Part shown: positions 36,019-45,737 of the stretch, in pieces
Layout: the number at the start of each line of letters is the position of its first letter
How positions within the stretch are numbered: the first letter of the stretch is position 1
IMG/VR virus record: IMGVR_UViG_2883068021_000001
Coordinates: 1 to 64,000 of that record
Strand: one strand, 5' to 3'
Length of the DNA stretch: 64,000 nt
Source of the DNA: a virus
Taxonomy: Duplodnaviria > Caudoviricetes
Made by a program: the position numbers and the translations under genes
The notes under the pieces: model-generated
Database searches by the model: none
Told to the model about the DNA's origin: nothing
Seen by the model: the letters and a program-made list of their open reading frames with translations, nothing else

Positions 36019-36045
36019 AAGGGTTCGAATCCCTTCTCCTCCGCA
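36019..36045 (+). other. tRNA 3' fragment (T-arm plus acceptor 3' strand; probably tRNA-Ser), att site
   Basis: AAGGG-TTCGAAT-CCCTT CTCCTCC G CA; no D or anticodon arm upstream. Ser identity is inferred from the acceptor and discriminator only. Confidence 0.75.
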
Positions 36046-36087
36046 AGCTTTAAATGCTCATTGACTTCGGTCTTTGGGCATTTTTTG
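36029..36087 (+). repeat. Left 59-bp direct repeat of integrative element 1 (includes a UUCG-loop terminator)
   Basis: Identical to 49359-49417. Confidence 0.95.
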
Positions 36088-36202
36088 TTTTGGGGGAGTT
36101 GCAACCCTTTCCTGTATTAACTTCTACAGGTTTTACAGATATAGAATTAAGTAAAAAAGTTATGTGGGCGAACTGAAGAAACAACCTGTTTTTTATAACA
36201 GA

Positions 36203-36247
36203 AGGTATCACTGAAGGTAGCAGTACATTTCTTTGTAGGTAGCAGTA
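36203..36247. promoter_or_regulatory. Putative arm-type integrase sites
   Basis: AGGTAGCAGTA at 36215 and 36237 and AGGTATCAC at 36203; related AAGGTAT copies at 49281 and 49293 near the other end. Confidence 0.55.
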
Positions 36248-36302
36248 AAAGCACCTTTAATAACATCTATATCAACCCATTACACATTTACTACTTTTAG
36301 CC

Positions 36303-37580
36303 ATGCCTTCCTGGAAGGAGCGTAAAAACTTCTACATGGAAAGCAATAGAATCTTCGTCAGTTTCTTTCTCTACAAATCCAGGCAGACGCAAAAGGGAGG
36401 CATTCCCATCTTTGCCAGGATCACCCATGAAGGGAAAAGGCTCAACCACAATACAGGCTTATTCATCGAAGAAAAATCATGGGATGCGAAGAAGTACCAG
36501 GTAAAAGGCAACAAGCCTGAAGCCCAGGAAATGAATAAACTTTTAGCATCCCTCAGAACTAAAATCCTCTCCATTTACAATTCTCTGCTGGAGCAGGAAA
36601 CACCCATTTCCCTCGATCTGATAAAACACAGATTGGCTGGTGCTGATATTGAAAGGAAAACCCTACTGGAAGCCCTAACCTACCACAATGACCTTCTGGC
36701 AAAGGGAACAGGGATCAAGAACGCCAAAGCCACCAATACGAAATACAAGACTTTGGAGCGCAAGGTCAGGAGCTATATCATCCATCAGTATAAACGAAAG
36801 GATATTTTCCTGAAGGAGCTGAATCATCAGTTTGTAGTGAATTTTGAGATTTACCTCAAAACAGTGGAGTTGATTAGCCACAACCCCACCATCAAATATA
36901 TCCAGTTCCTGAAAAAGATCACCAACATGGCCATTGCTCATGGCTGGCTGGATAATAATCCTTTCAGGAATTTTAAATGCTCCTTAAAGCTCGTGGAAAG
37001 AGGATTTCTCACCCTGGATGAACTTCAGAAACTGGAGAATAAAATTATTCCCAATCTCAGGCTGGCCAGGATTAAGGATATTTTTCTTTTCTCCTGCTAC
37101 ACTGGGTTGGCCTATGCAGATGTGAAGCAACTGAAGCCCTCACACATCATCATTGGGGTTGATGGTGGGAAATGGGTGAACACCTTCAGGCAAAAGACCA
37201 ATGTGCGCACTAGCCTACCCCTCCTACCCCAAGCATTGGCTATTCTTGAAAAGTACCTGGAGTTGCATTCCCTGGAGGGAAAAAGGGATTTCATCTTCCC
37301 TATCCCCAGCAATCAGAAGGTAAATGCATATCTGAAGGAGATTGGGGATTTGTGCGAAATATCCAGGAAACTGACATTCCACCTAGCCAGGCATACCTTT
37401 TCTACGACAATTACACTGAGTAATGGGGTGCCTATTGAAAGTGTGTCGAAGATGTTGGGGCATACCAATTTGAAGACTACTCAGATTTATGCGAAAGTGG
37501 TGGATTCGAAGATTAGCCAGGATATGCAGGCATTAAGGGTGAAATTATCTGATAACTTAAACACATCTACCAATGGATAA
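36303..37580 (+). CDS. Tyrosine integrase (Bacteroidota type)
   Basis: Arm-binding IPIFARIT; FSCYTGLAYAD, HLARHTF, LGHTN and TQIYA catalytic motifs. Confidence 0.95.
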   Translation: MPSWKERKNFYMESNRIFVSFFLYKSRQTQKGGIPIFARITHEGKRLNHNTGLFIEEKSWDAKKYQVKGNKPEAQEMNKLLASLRTKILSIYNSLLEQETPISLDLIKHRLAGADIERKTLLEALTYHNDLLAKGTGIKNAKATNTKYKTLERKVRSYIIHQYKRKDIFLKELNHQFVVNFEIYLKTVELISHNPTIKYIQFLKKITNMAIAHGWLDNNPFRNFKCSLKLVERGFLTLDELQKLENKIIPNLRLARIKDIFLFSCYTGLAYADVKQLKPSHIIIGVDGGKWVNTFRQKTNVRTSLPLLPQALAILEKYLELHSLEGKRDFIFPIPSNQKVNAYLKEIGDLCEISRKLTFHLARHTFSTTITLSNGVPIESVSKMLGHTNLKTTQIYAKVVDSKISQDMQALRVKLSDNLNTSTNG

Positions 37581-37755
37581 AATCATGTTGATCTGGACGA
37601 TCCTGGTGATGGGGTTTATTTGTTGGGGTATAGGAACTTTTATTGCAAAACAAGTCATTCCTAATAAATACTCCTACCTACAAGAGAATCCAATCATTCA
37701 GTTTCTTATGGGTTTCGTCTTCCTTATTATACTGGTATTTTGGTTCAAATTGTAG
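37573..37755 (+). CDS. Small 2-TM membrane protein
   Basis: 60 aa with two hydrophobic segments; overlaps the integrase stop. Confidence 0.6.
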   Translation: MDKIMLIWTILVMGFICWGIGTFIAKQVIPNKYSYLQENPIIQFLMGFVFLIILVFWFKL

Positions 37756-37810
37756 CTGAAATTCAAACTTTTATTAAATTAGGTGTAGGGAAACAAAACC
37801 TACACCTATT

Positions 37811-38551
37811 ATGCAACACCCCCTACAATACTTTAAAGACCTTATCCTAAGAAACCATATAGCCAAAGAACGAATGAAATTTTTGCTGGGTGCTGAATTC
37901 GCCCCAGTTTTAAATAGGGATTTCCAAAATGATACGATCGAGTATGCATCTACGAATGCAGTTGACGAAAACTCCCAAGCCAATGTTGAAAAAATATCTT
38001 TTACTCAGATTCTGGAAGAAAGGGTTGCAGGAGGGATGATTAATGCACTTGATCTCATTGACAATGCTATCCTGGGAATAGATGATGAAAAGAAGCAAAT
38101 CCTCTACCTAAAAACTATCTATAAAACCCTTAATCCCCTTATTCTTTATGCAGAGCGATTGGACTATGTGAATAAATACATTTTTATCGCCAATTGTCTT
38201 AAAGATTTGAAAGCAGAACTTATAGATAAATACAATGTTCCTGATGATACTGAAGCACCCAAAAAATTAAACCTATCCTCGTCCCCCCAATCTTCCCACA
38301 AATTACAATGGATGGGGAAATCCAAAGTCCTTATAACCTTGTTTTATGACTTATATTCAAATGTTGAGAATGGAGGGGAGCCATTGATCAAGGCCACAAA
38401 AGAGCAAATAAAAAATTTCCTCCTCAATAATTTCATTGAAAAAGATGGGCAACCACTCAGCCCTTCATCAATTGATACACTTTTAACCCCTAGCAAAGAA
38501 GATAAAAGAGCCTTAAAAGGAGATAGAATTAATACTTCAAAGCTGAAATAA
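37811..38551 (+). CDS. Hypothetical protein with RteC-like C-terminal HTH
   Basis: KLQWMGKSKVLITLFYDL resembles the RteC-type KL.WTG.K..L.EL motif. Confidence 0.5.
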   Translation: MQHPLQYFKDLILRNHIAKERMKFLLGAEFAPVLNRDFQNDTIEYASTNAVDENSQANVEKISFTQILEERVAGGMINALDLIDNAILGIDDEKKQILYLKTIYKTLNPLILYAERLDYVNKYIFIANCLKDLKAELIDKYNVPDDTEAPKKLNLSSSPQSSHKLQWMGKSKVLITLFYDLYSNVENGGEPLIKATKEQIKNFLLNNFIEKDGQPLSPSSIDTLLTPSKEDKRALKGDRINTSKLK

Positions 38552-38592
38552 GGAAAACAAAACCCCTTACCACATTACATTTCAACAACTGA

Positions 38593-38622
38593 TTAGTCCT
38601 GACAGTACTTGTTCAGGACTAA
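38593..38622. promoter_or_regulatory. 10-bp inverted repeat, putative regulator site
   Basis: TTAGTCCTGA-N10-TCAGGACTAA. Confidence 0.55.
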
Positions 38623-38759
38623 AGGACATAATCCAATTTGGCACCTTTGAATCGAACAAAACAACAAGATATGATTCAAAGGAACAAGCCACCGCCCTTA
38701 TGTTATATAAAATAGGAAGAAATAACTCAAATCACTTAAAACAATTTAAAATATACCAC

Positions 38760-39074
38760 ATGCGATTCAAAATAAATGCTGCTAAGGATGAAGCAATCTC
38801 TCAAATATCAGAATCAGATATCATCATTTTAAATGAGTATACAGGGGAGTATCAAACAGCCGATTTTGACTATATATTCTTACTGATGGATGATACCAAA
38901 ATCAGTCATTGTACTGTTTTAATTCCAGAAACTGTGCTTGTATACATTTTGAAGGAGTTGGCTAGTAATGGGCATAGGAACAATATCTATTTCGACAACG
39001 CCATATCATCAGAGAAATATTCATTTGGAGGAGTGATATATCACTATGCACATATTGAAAGGAAAGTTGCCTAA
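38760..39074 (+). CDS. Hypothetical protein
   Basis: Likely start MRFKINAAK at 38760. Confidence 0.6.
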   Translation: MRFKINAAKDEAISQISESDIIILNEYTGEYQTADFDYIFLLMDDTKISHCTVLIPETVLVYILKELASNGHRNNIYFDNAISSEKYSFGGVIYHYAHIERKVA

Positions 39075-39127
39075 ATATGGCAAAGCCATTCAAAAAAATA
39101 CATTTAGGTGTGTAAGACAGTTTGAGC

Positions 39128-39155
39128 AAAGGCAGGACATAGTTCCTGCCTTTTT
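39128..39155. terminator. Bidirectional intrinsic terminator
   Basis: AAAGGCAGGA-catagt-TCCTGCCTTTTT between convergent genes. Confidence 0.8.
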
Positions 39156-39242
39156 GCCTTAACAGTAATACAGAATTATAAGTTACTCTCTAATAGGAAT
39201 AGACGCACGAGAATGATTCCTGCGCCTGCTGACATTTCCTGG

Positions 39243-40775
39243 CTATATTGCCATTTTTAGCTTGTTCTCAATCCAGTACTCTCGCTTAAAATGAGGTGTA
39301 AATCCAAGACATTTACCAAACTCTTCTTTCATTACATTCTCTACATACTCTTCATATCCTTTCAATGTTACGACAGAATCATGGAGTGTAAAAATTGGCA
39401 GATATGATTTTTCCTGAGCAATTCTTGCAACTACACGATGATACATGATGTAGCTTTCAATCCTTTGCAGCAGGATAGGTAAATTTTCAGCTTTCGCTCT
39501 TTTGATGGATGCTGTGATCTCATATATTTGGGGAAATATATCTCTGAAAATTCTTTTAGGTGCAGCTTCTTCTTGTCCAATGAATCTGTTATCTGTAAAC
39601 AGCACAGTGAATAGCATGGGTTTTACTTCATCATTTGTCTTAAAATCAAATCCTAGCTTATCTTTTAGCAGATGACGAAATTCAGAATAAAAATTTCCAC
39701 TACTAACCATTCGATAATAATTCCACATTTCATCCCCCTCCATTATTCTATTATTCTGGGCATTTTTGCACAGAGTAATGGTATTGGATAAGTGTTTGTG
39801 GTTGGCGAATATTGGAGTAATGAATAAGTAAGGAATATCTGAAGAATTCAATTTTCCTCCCTTCGCTTCATTCGTCCAGAATCCATCGTCTAACAGCAAA
39901 GTAAGCAAAGTAGGCTGGCTGTTTGACAAATCTATAGAAACTAATTCTTCGCCATCGTAGGTAACAGCATTTCTTATTTCTCTTTTACAGGAAGTCAGTG
40001 CAGAATGATACCTGAATACATTTTGGTCAAAATGTGCGTTAAATAAACCTCTCCTTATCTTCTCAATATTCAAATGGGTACCAAGATACTGTGTATAGGG
40101 GTTTTTCCACTCAATCCCTCTACCACTAATAGTTTTATCCCATTTCGATCTGTCTTTTTTCTTTTGTAAATATATTTCTGCATTGTACGCATGTGCCAGC
40201 TTATCATTAATATTCAAGCCACCAGCTTTATACCATCTTTCTATTGGAGTGTATTTACTGCCAATAGAAGATAGATCAAATTGGCTAGCTGTAGAGGCAT
40301 TAACTGGCTCCTTTTTTTCAATCGCCATTCCACTACTGTAAGTAACATTATTGAAAATTTGAGGCTCCTTTGTGCCCTTATTGGGCTGTTTAATGCCTTC
40401 CATCTTTTTGAGCAGAATAGAATTGGTAATAGGAATTGATTTAAGTGATTGCTGGTATCTTTCGCAAAATCTATATCCTTTTGATTTTACGCCAACAATA
40501 AACTGGTCATCTGTTTCAATAATACCAGCTTCCAGTAGGTAGGTTAAATAGTCAGAATATCCTTTGCCAATCCATTGTTTCAGGATTTCAGCATTAATAG
40601 GTACATAACCTTCCTCGTCTGTTAAATCTTTGTTTCTGGAGGGGATTTCTGCAAGAAGGTGTAAAATGTAGAGTAGCTTATCTCTATTAAAACCATCTAT
40701 GTGGCTGATTGAATTTTTCCTGATAATATCATCTATATCTATGTTCTCTGGAATGTAAAAAAGCTGTTGTTCCAT
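39243..40775 (-). CDS. Family-A-polymerase-fold protein with N-terminal wHTH and no exonuclease domain
   Basis: In order: FRYHSALTS, LVSIDLSNSQP (motif A), EVKPMLFTVLF (B-like), LLQRIES, FTLHDSV (motif C). Confidence 0.65.
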   Translation of the reverse strand: MEQQLFYIPENIDIDDIIRKNSISHIDGFNRDKLLYILHLLAEIPSRNKDLTDEEGYVPINAEILKQWIGKGYSDYLTYLLEAGIIETDDQFIVGVKSKGYRFCERYQQSLKSIPITNSILLKKMEGIKQPNKGTKEPQIFNNVTYSSGMAIEKKEPVNASTASQFDLSSIGSKYTPIERWYKAGGLNINDKLAHAYNAEIYLQKKKDRSKWDKTISGRGIEWKNPYTQYLGTHLNIEKIRRGLFNAHFDQNVFRYHSALTSCKREIRNAVTYDGEELVSIDLSNSQPTLLTLLLDDGFWTNEAKGGKLNSSDIPYLFITPIFANHKHLSNTITLCKNAQNNRIMEGDEMWNYYRMVSSGNFYSEFRHLLKDKLGFDFKTNDEVKPMLFTVLFTDNRFIGQEEAAPKRIFRDIFPQIYEITASIKRAKAENLPILLQRIESYIMYHRVVARIAQEKSYLPIFTLHDSVVTLKGYEEYVENVMKEEFGKCLGFTPHFKREYWIENKLKMAI

Positions 40776-41239
40776 CTAAGAATAAATAATTTTCCATCAC
40801 CTGAATCCAGGCTGATTGCTCGTTTTGTAATTTTTCATATTTTATTTTTTTGTGAATTAATTTTTATATCACCTGACCAAAATATCCCAAGGAAACTTTG
40901 GCCATTTTAAAACTGAATTGTAAAATTATTATGGTTCGATTTATTTGCCAATAGCATTAAAAAAAATTATTGACACCAATTGAAAGTATCAATTTCAACA
41001 TCTTACAGAATCTACTTTCTGCACTGTTATCAGCTAATTTTAAGCAGCATTCTCTTTCCTATCTTCTCAATACTCTGGACTGGATTTTAAAATGCAAACA
41101 TGATTGAACGAACAGGGTATCAATAACAAACTGTTAACTTACAATTACATTATATTGTCGTGTATATTGAGTTGGCTTATCCACTTTTTAGGACTTTCTC
41201 TATTTTTCGAATAGTTGTGACACCAAAAATCTCTTACTT

Positions 41240-43531
41240 ATGATTAAAAGCATCAACAAAATCCATGGATTTCGCATATTTCAAGATTTCACAAGGTCTT
41301 CATCATTGTCAGACTTTTCAAAATATAATTTATTCTATGGTTGGAATGGAAGTGGGAAAAGCACATTTTCTAATCTGCTTCAGTATGTTGAAGAAAAATC
41401 TATTCCAGACGAACACCTGGATGCTAAATTTGAAATTGAATTAGCAGATAAGCAAAAGCTGACAAATGGGGCATCATTGTCAAGTAATTCATTGAAATTA
41501 AAAGTATTTAATAAATACTTCGTTGCAGAGAATATAAATTTTGAGGAACAAGGCGCCAAAAGCATTCTTTTGGTATCAAAAGAAAGGATTGAAGAAAAGG
41601 CAAAACTCAAAGAACTAAATAAAGAGAAAAAGAGTCTTGTTGACAGATTGCTGAATGCTGAAAATGGAGCCAGGGATAAAAGAAAAGTAAATGAGAAGTT
41701 CCTTTCAGATATTGCAAAAGGGATTAAAAATTCTTTTAAGGTCATTGACACAAAAGATACTTACTATTTTAACTATGATAGAAATAAACTATCAGCATTT
41801 ATCGATAGGCATAAACAACAAGTAAATGCAACTTCGATTCTTACTGATGCAGATCTAAGCAAAGTCATTATGGCAGTTAAGCCAGAGGTAAAAGAAATTA
41901 TTCCCCTGGAGTTTGAATTGCCTAATTCAAATAACTTAATTGAATTTGAAGCCAGGTTGAATCTAGTTTTACAAACCAATATTGTGTCTAATCAAATAGA
42001 GCAATTAGTTAATGACGAACTACTCAATAGATGGGTAGAAGAGGGCTTGAAATTGCATTCAAAAATAGGTAGTGAAGTTTGTGGATATTGTGGAAATGCA
42101 ATAGCAAAAGAGAGAATTAATGCACTAAATGCACATTTTAGTGCAGACTATATTTCATTAAAAACAAAAATAGAAGATGGCATTAAATTCATTGAAAGTA
42201 TAAAACAGGGATTTCACCTTTCAGTGCCACTGGAAGATCACTTATATGATGAATATAAGGAAGGATACAAAGATGCAGTTAATGAATTTAAGAGCGTCCT
42301 TATAGAAATTGATACTAAGTTGAAATATTGGTCTGACACCATGAATACTAAACTTGGAAATCCATTTGAAATACTATCTCTAGATACACAAAATACAACT
42401 TCTATTTTTACTGCATTTAGTAGTAGCGTAAATAAGGTGATCTCTGTCCTCGAATTATGCAATAGCAAAACTGATAATTATTCAAAAATACTTAAAGAAA
42501 GCCAAGAAAAGCTGGAGCTACACTATGTCAGCGAAGCACTTTCTAACAATGAATATTTTAGAAGCTTGATTGAAATCGAAGAGCTGGACAAAGAATCCAA
42601 TGAAGTGCGACAACAACTAAATGTGATAGCCAAGGAAATATTAGAATTAGAAAAGGTATTAGTCAATGCTGTTATGGGCGCTGAACAATTTAATGAGAAC
42701 CTATATAAGTTTCTGGGAAGAAATGATATTTTGTTAGAATATATTGCAGATGAAGGTGGATATAAAATTATCAGGTCAGGAAAAAAAGAATTGGCAAAGC
42801 ATTTGAGTGAGGGCGAAAGAACAGCCATTGCGTTTGTCTATTTCATATCAAAATTACAGGAGATGGAGATAGCTGATTTGCAGGAGTCAATTATTGTTTT
42901 GGATGATCCTATTTCAAGCTTTGATAGCAATCATCTGTTCAATGCAGCTCATTTCATTAAAGAAGAGTTCTTTTCAGAAAAAGACATGCCAAGTAAGATT
43001 GGACAGCTCTTTATTCTTACACATAATTTCAATTTTTTCTCCCTTATCAATGAATGGTTTGAGGCAAAGGATTTAAAAAAAGTGTTCTGCATAAAGAACA
43101 TTAATCATAATGGTAGTAGAGCTGCGATATTTGAAGATGCTGAATATGTTTTAAAGCAATTTGGTTCTGAGTATCACTTTATTTTTTCAGAAATTAAGAA
43201 ATACAATGAATCGAACGACAAATCTTATTATCATACGCACACTATAGCTAATTTATGCAGACAGCTCTTAGAATCTTTTCTAACTTTCAAGTTTGGTCGA
43301 AAGAAACTGGATAAATGCTTTGACGAAATAGTGGGATTCAGCGAACTTGCAAAAGTTAGAAAATTTGTAAATCATTATTCGCATAGAGCAGATCATGGAA
43401 CCAGCATAAGGGGATATAATGACAATCTTTTTGGCGAGACTGAAAAACTAGTTCCAATTGTACTAGAGTTGGTAAAATATGTGGATAATGTTCATTATAC
43501 CTCCATGTTGGCAAGAATAAATGGGAATTGA
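41240..43531 (+). CDS. rloC: RloC-family anticodon nuclease (ABC ATPase, zinc hook, HEPN)
   Basis: GWNGSGKS, CGYCG hook inside a coiled coil, LSEGE, LDDPISSFD, THN, and HEPN RQLLESF...RKFVNHYSH. Confidence 0.85.
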   Translation: MIKSINKIHGFRIFQDFTRSSSLSDFSKYNLFYGWNGSGKSTFSNLLQYVEEKSIPDEHLDAKFEIELADKQKLTNGASLSSNSLKLKVFNKYFVAENINFEEQGAKSILLVSKERIEEKAKLKELNKEKKSLVDRLLNAENGARDKRKVNEKFLSDIAKGIKNSFKVIDTKDTYYFNYDRNKLSAFIDRHKQQVNATSILTDADLSKVIMAVKPEVKEIIPLEFELPNSNNLIEFEARLNLVLQTNIVSNQIEQLVNDELLNRWVEEGLKLHSKIGSEVCGYCGNAIAKERINALNAHFSADYISLKTKIEDGIKFIESIKQGFHLSVPLEDHLYDEYKEGYKDAVNEFKSVLIEIDTKLKYWSDTMNTKLGNPFEILSLDTQNTTSIFTAFSSSVNKVISVLELCNSKTDNYSKILKESQEKLELHYVSEALSNNEYFRSLIEIEELDKESNEVRQQLNVIAKEILELEKVLVNAVMGAEQFNENLYKFLGRNDILLEYIADEGGYKIIRSGKKELAKHLSEGERTAIAFVYFISKLQEMEIADLQESIIVLDDPISSFDSNHLFNAAHFIKEEFFSEKDMPSKIGQLFILTHNFNFFSLINEWFEAKDLKKVFCIKNINHNGSRAAIFEDAEYVLKQFGSEYHFIFSEIKKYNESNDKSYYHTHTIANLCRQLLESFLTFKFGRKKLDKCFDEIVGFSELAKVRKFVNHYSHRADHGTSIRGYNDNLFGETEKLVPIVLELVKYVDNVHYTSMLARINGN

Positions 43532-43580
43532 TTTATTAATCGTGTAAGATAAGATAGCTACGATTTAATCTGACAGTTGG

Positions 43581-43754
43581 CTACTTCTTTAACTTAAAGC
43601 CAATAAATCCAACTATCCCTAAAATATACAACCACCAGGGAATTTTGAACAGGGAATAAATTAGTCCATTCCATAGGCCATCAATAATAAATGCTGCAAT
43701 ACAAGCAATTGCAAGAATGCCTATGCCCCAAAGACACCCTTTGATATTTTCCAT
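43581..43754 (-). CDS. 57-aa 2-TM membrane protein
   Basis: Translated by hand: MENIKGCLWGIGILAIACIAAFIIDGLWNGLIYSLFKIPWWLYILGIVGFIGFKLKK. Confidence 0.65.
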   Translation of the reverse strand: MENIKGCLWGIGILAIACIAAFIIDGLWNGLIYSLFKIPWWLYILGIVGFIGFKLKK

Positions 43755-43763
43755 AGGTAGATG

Positions 43764-44267
43764 TTATTTTAATTTTAATATAAGTACAACTATTGCCAAT
43801 GTGGAAATGATGACAATTGAGAATACTACCAAAGTACCCTGATTATTATTATTCTCGTTAGAAGATTTGAATATCTCATCATCAAAATTAATCTTGCTGG
43901 TATCAGAAGTATTATATATACCAGTTGGTGCTATAGGAGTGGTGGCTGGATTAGAACTTGCATGAGGGCCATTGCCTGGCTCCAGACTTTCAATAAGTTG
44001 ATCCAATTCAGTTTTTTCTTTCGAGGTAGAATAGTCTTGTATTGTTGGCCCTGTATTACTTCTCTCAATTGAGGCTTTAATTTTTTCTAAATCATCCTTG
44101 TTTTTCTCCAAGGTCATTGGGTCTAAAGCATCAACAGGTTGTTGAGAATAAGCTGATGAATTTAAACAAAGAAAAAGTAGACCAAATAGAGTGAAACTTT
44201 TCATAATATGTGGTTTTGAAGTAAAAATACCTGTTTTGCAGTAAATAACGCAAATTTGCTCTAACAA
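43764..44267 (-). CDS. Exported protein with C-terminal TM anchor
   Basis: The likely start MKSFTLFGLLFLCLNSSAYS-Q is a signal peptide; hydrophobic C-terminus. Confidence 0.65.
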   Translation of the reverse strand: MLEQICVIYCKTGIFTSKPHIMKSFTLFGLLFLCLNSSAYSQQPVDALDPMTLEKNKDDLEKIKASIERSNTGPTIQDYSTSKEKTELDQLIESLEPGNGPHASSNPATTPIAPTGIYNTSDTSKINFDDEIFKSSNENNNNQGTLVVFSIVIISTLAIVVLILKLK

Positions 44268-44296
44268 TTCTATATCACAAGGTTTCTCTTTGCCTT

Positions 44297-44536
44297 GTGG
44301 CTAATAACTACTATAGGGATGAGGATTTTATCAAAAAATTTGGGCTAAGGCTCAAAGAAATAAGGAAGTTCAAGAAGATGAGCCAGGAAGAACTTGCCTT
44401 TAAGTGTGGGTTTGAATTATCTCAAATAGGTAGGATTGAAAGGGGAACTATCAACACATCTATATCTCATGTAGCTGCAATTGCTAGAGCACTAGAAGTC
44501 GCTCCTTACAAGTTGTTTGAATTTGAGCCTGATTGA
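44297..44536 (+). CDS. XRE-family HTH regulator
   Basis: GLRLKEIRK...SQEELA...IGRIERG. Confidence 0.9.
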   Translation: MANNYYRDEDFIKKFGLRLKEIRKFKKMSQEELAFKCGFELSQIGRIERGTINTSISHVAAIARALEVAPYKLFEFEPD

Positions 44537-44541
44537 TTCAT

Positions 44542-45726
44542 CTATATTTTCTGTAAAATATCTGGAGGACACATTTCGTAACCTGCACTTTGCCAAATGA
44601 TATGGAACAATGATTCCATTGCCTTATAATAATCTTGTTTGAAATCTTGAATGACAACTATTGGGAACAATAGACTTTCCTTTTTGAAGCCTTTTTTATG
44701 ATTCCAAAGTCCAGAAATTGGCATCCCTTTTATGTTATTAAATGCTAAAGAAATACAATATGGGGATTCTATCGATGCTGTGATGTAGAACTCTATTGTC
44801 TGCTTTACTTGCTGCAAAACTTCAGCTGCTAAATTCTCTCCAGATAGAAAATACTTATTACTAGCATCCTGCATATATATTCCTGTTGTAAAAACCTCAA
44901 TGCAGCCATCTCTAAATATTGAATTATACGAATACATATCAGAATATGGGTTTGTATGGATAACAAAACCCTCAAAAGTATGATTATAGCTGTAGCCACT
45001 TGACATGATTGGAGGTAATTTTCTAATCATATTCTCATGAAATGAGCTAGGCAAAAAATCCAAAGAAGTATAGCCCATTTTTGACAAAGGAATAATATGA
45101 AGTATCATATTGGGAATATCAACAATAGCATCCCAAAAAGGGTTTGTCTGTATTGATTTTATCCTATCCTGAATAAACTGTTTGGCCCTATCTCTCATTT
45201 CCATGTTCTTTATGAATAAATTATACAACTCATGGGTATCCAACAAATACTTGCCAGTATTCCTTCTCCTGTAGAATTTACTTGAGTTCTTAAAACTTAT
45301 TCTGGTAGGTAACGATAAATTTTTAGGAATTGATATTGCAAAAACATTGCAGCCATTTACAGGTATTAAACTACTAAAAGACAAATGACTTAATTGGGGA
45401 TCTGTATTATTCTTAACAATTTCCTCAATTTGAGATATGACTTTATCATAATTGTCTATGGCCACTCTATTGCCACTAGGCAATTGGGGGATTCCTGTAC
45501 TTTGATTTAATTCATCTTTCTCATCCTCCAATCCAAATATTATAATACCACCTTCTGTATTATGAAATGCTGTTATATCAGCCAGCAATTCTGATCTATC
45601 ACCATCATCTTTGAGTTTAAAGTCCCTTTTATAATCCAGGGTTATTGATTCAGGAACTCTTCGTTCAATCAAGGACAAAATGTCCTCATTAGAGAGTTCT
45701 ACAACACTCTTTCCACTAAGTCGCAT
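44542..45726 (-). CDS. AlbA_2/Schlafen-domain protein
   Basis: VPESITLDYKRD...LLADITAFHNTEGGIIIFGLED...FYRRRNTGK. Confidence 0.85.
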   Translation of the reverse strand: MRLSGKSVVELSNEDILSLIERRVPESITLDYKRDFKLKDDGDRSELLADITAFHNTEGGIIIFGLEDEKDELNQSTGIPQLPSGNRVAIDNYDKVISQIEEIVKNNTDPQLSHLSFSSLIPVNGCNVFAISIPKNLSLPTRISFKNSSKFYRRRNTGKYLLDTHELYNLFIKNMEMRDRAKQFIQDRIKSIQTNPFWDAIVDIPNMILHIIPLSKMGYTSLDFLPSSFHENMIRKLPPIMSSGYSYNHTFEGFVIHTNPYSDMYSYNSIFRDGCIEVFTTGIYMQDASNKYFLSGENLAAEVLQQVKQTIEFYITASIESPYCISLAFNNIKGMPISGLWNHKKGFKKESLLFPIVVIQDFKQDYYKAMESLFHIIWQSAGYEMCPPDILQKI

Positions 45727-45737
45727 ACAACTTTTCC

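Larger units (their letters stand above)
1..36045. mobile_element. Siphovirus-type prophage (left boundary outside the window)
   Basis: Contiguous minus-strand lysis-tail-head-packaging-replication genes, then a divergent cro/repressor pair, ending at a tRNA 3' fragment at 36019-36045. No integrase for it is seen in the window. Confidence 0.93.

Noticed and set aside
35960-36045. Complete tRNA gene
   Set aside because: No D arm or anticodon arm can be folded; only the 3' part is present.
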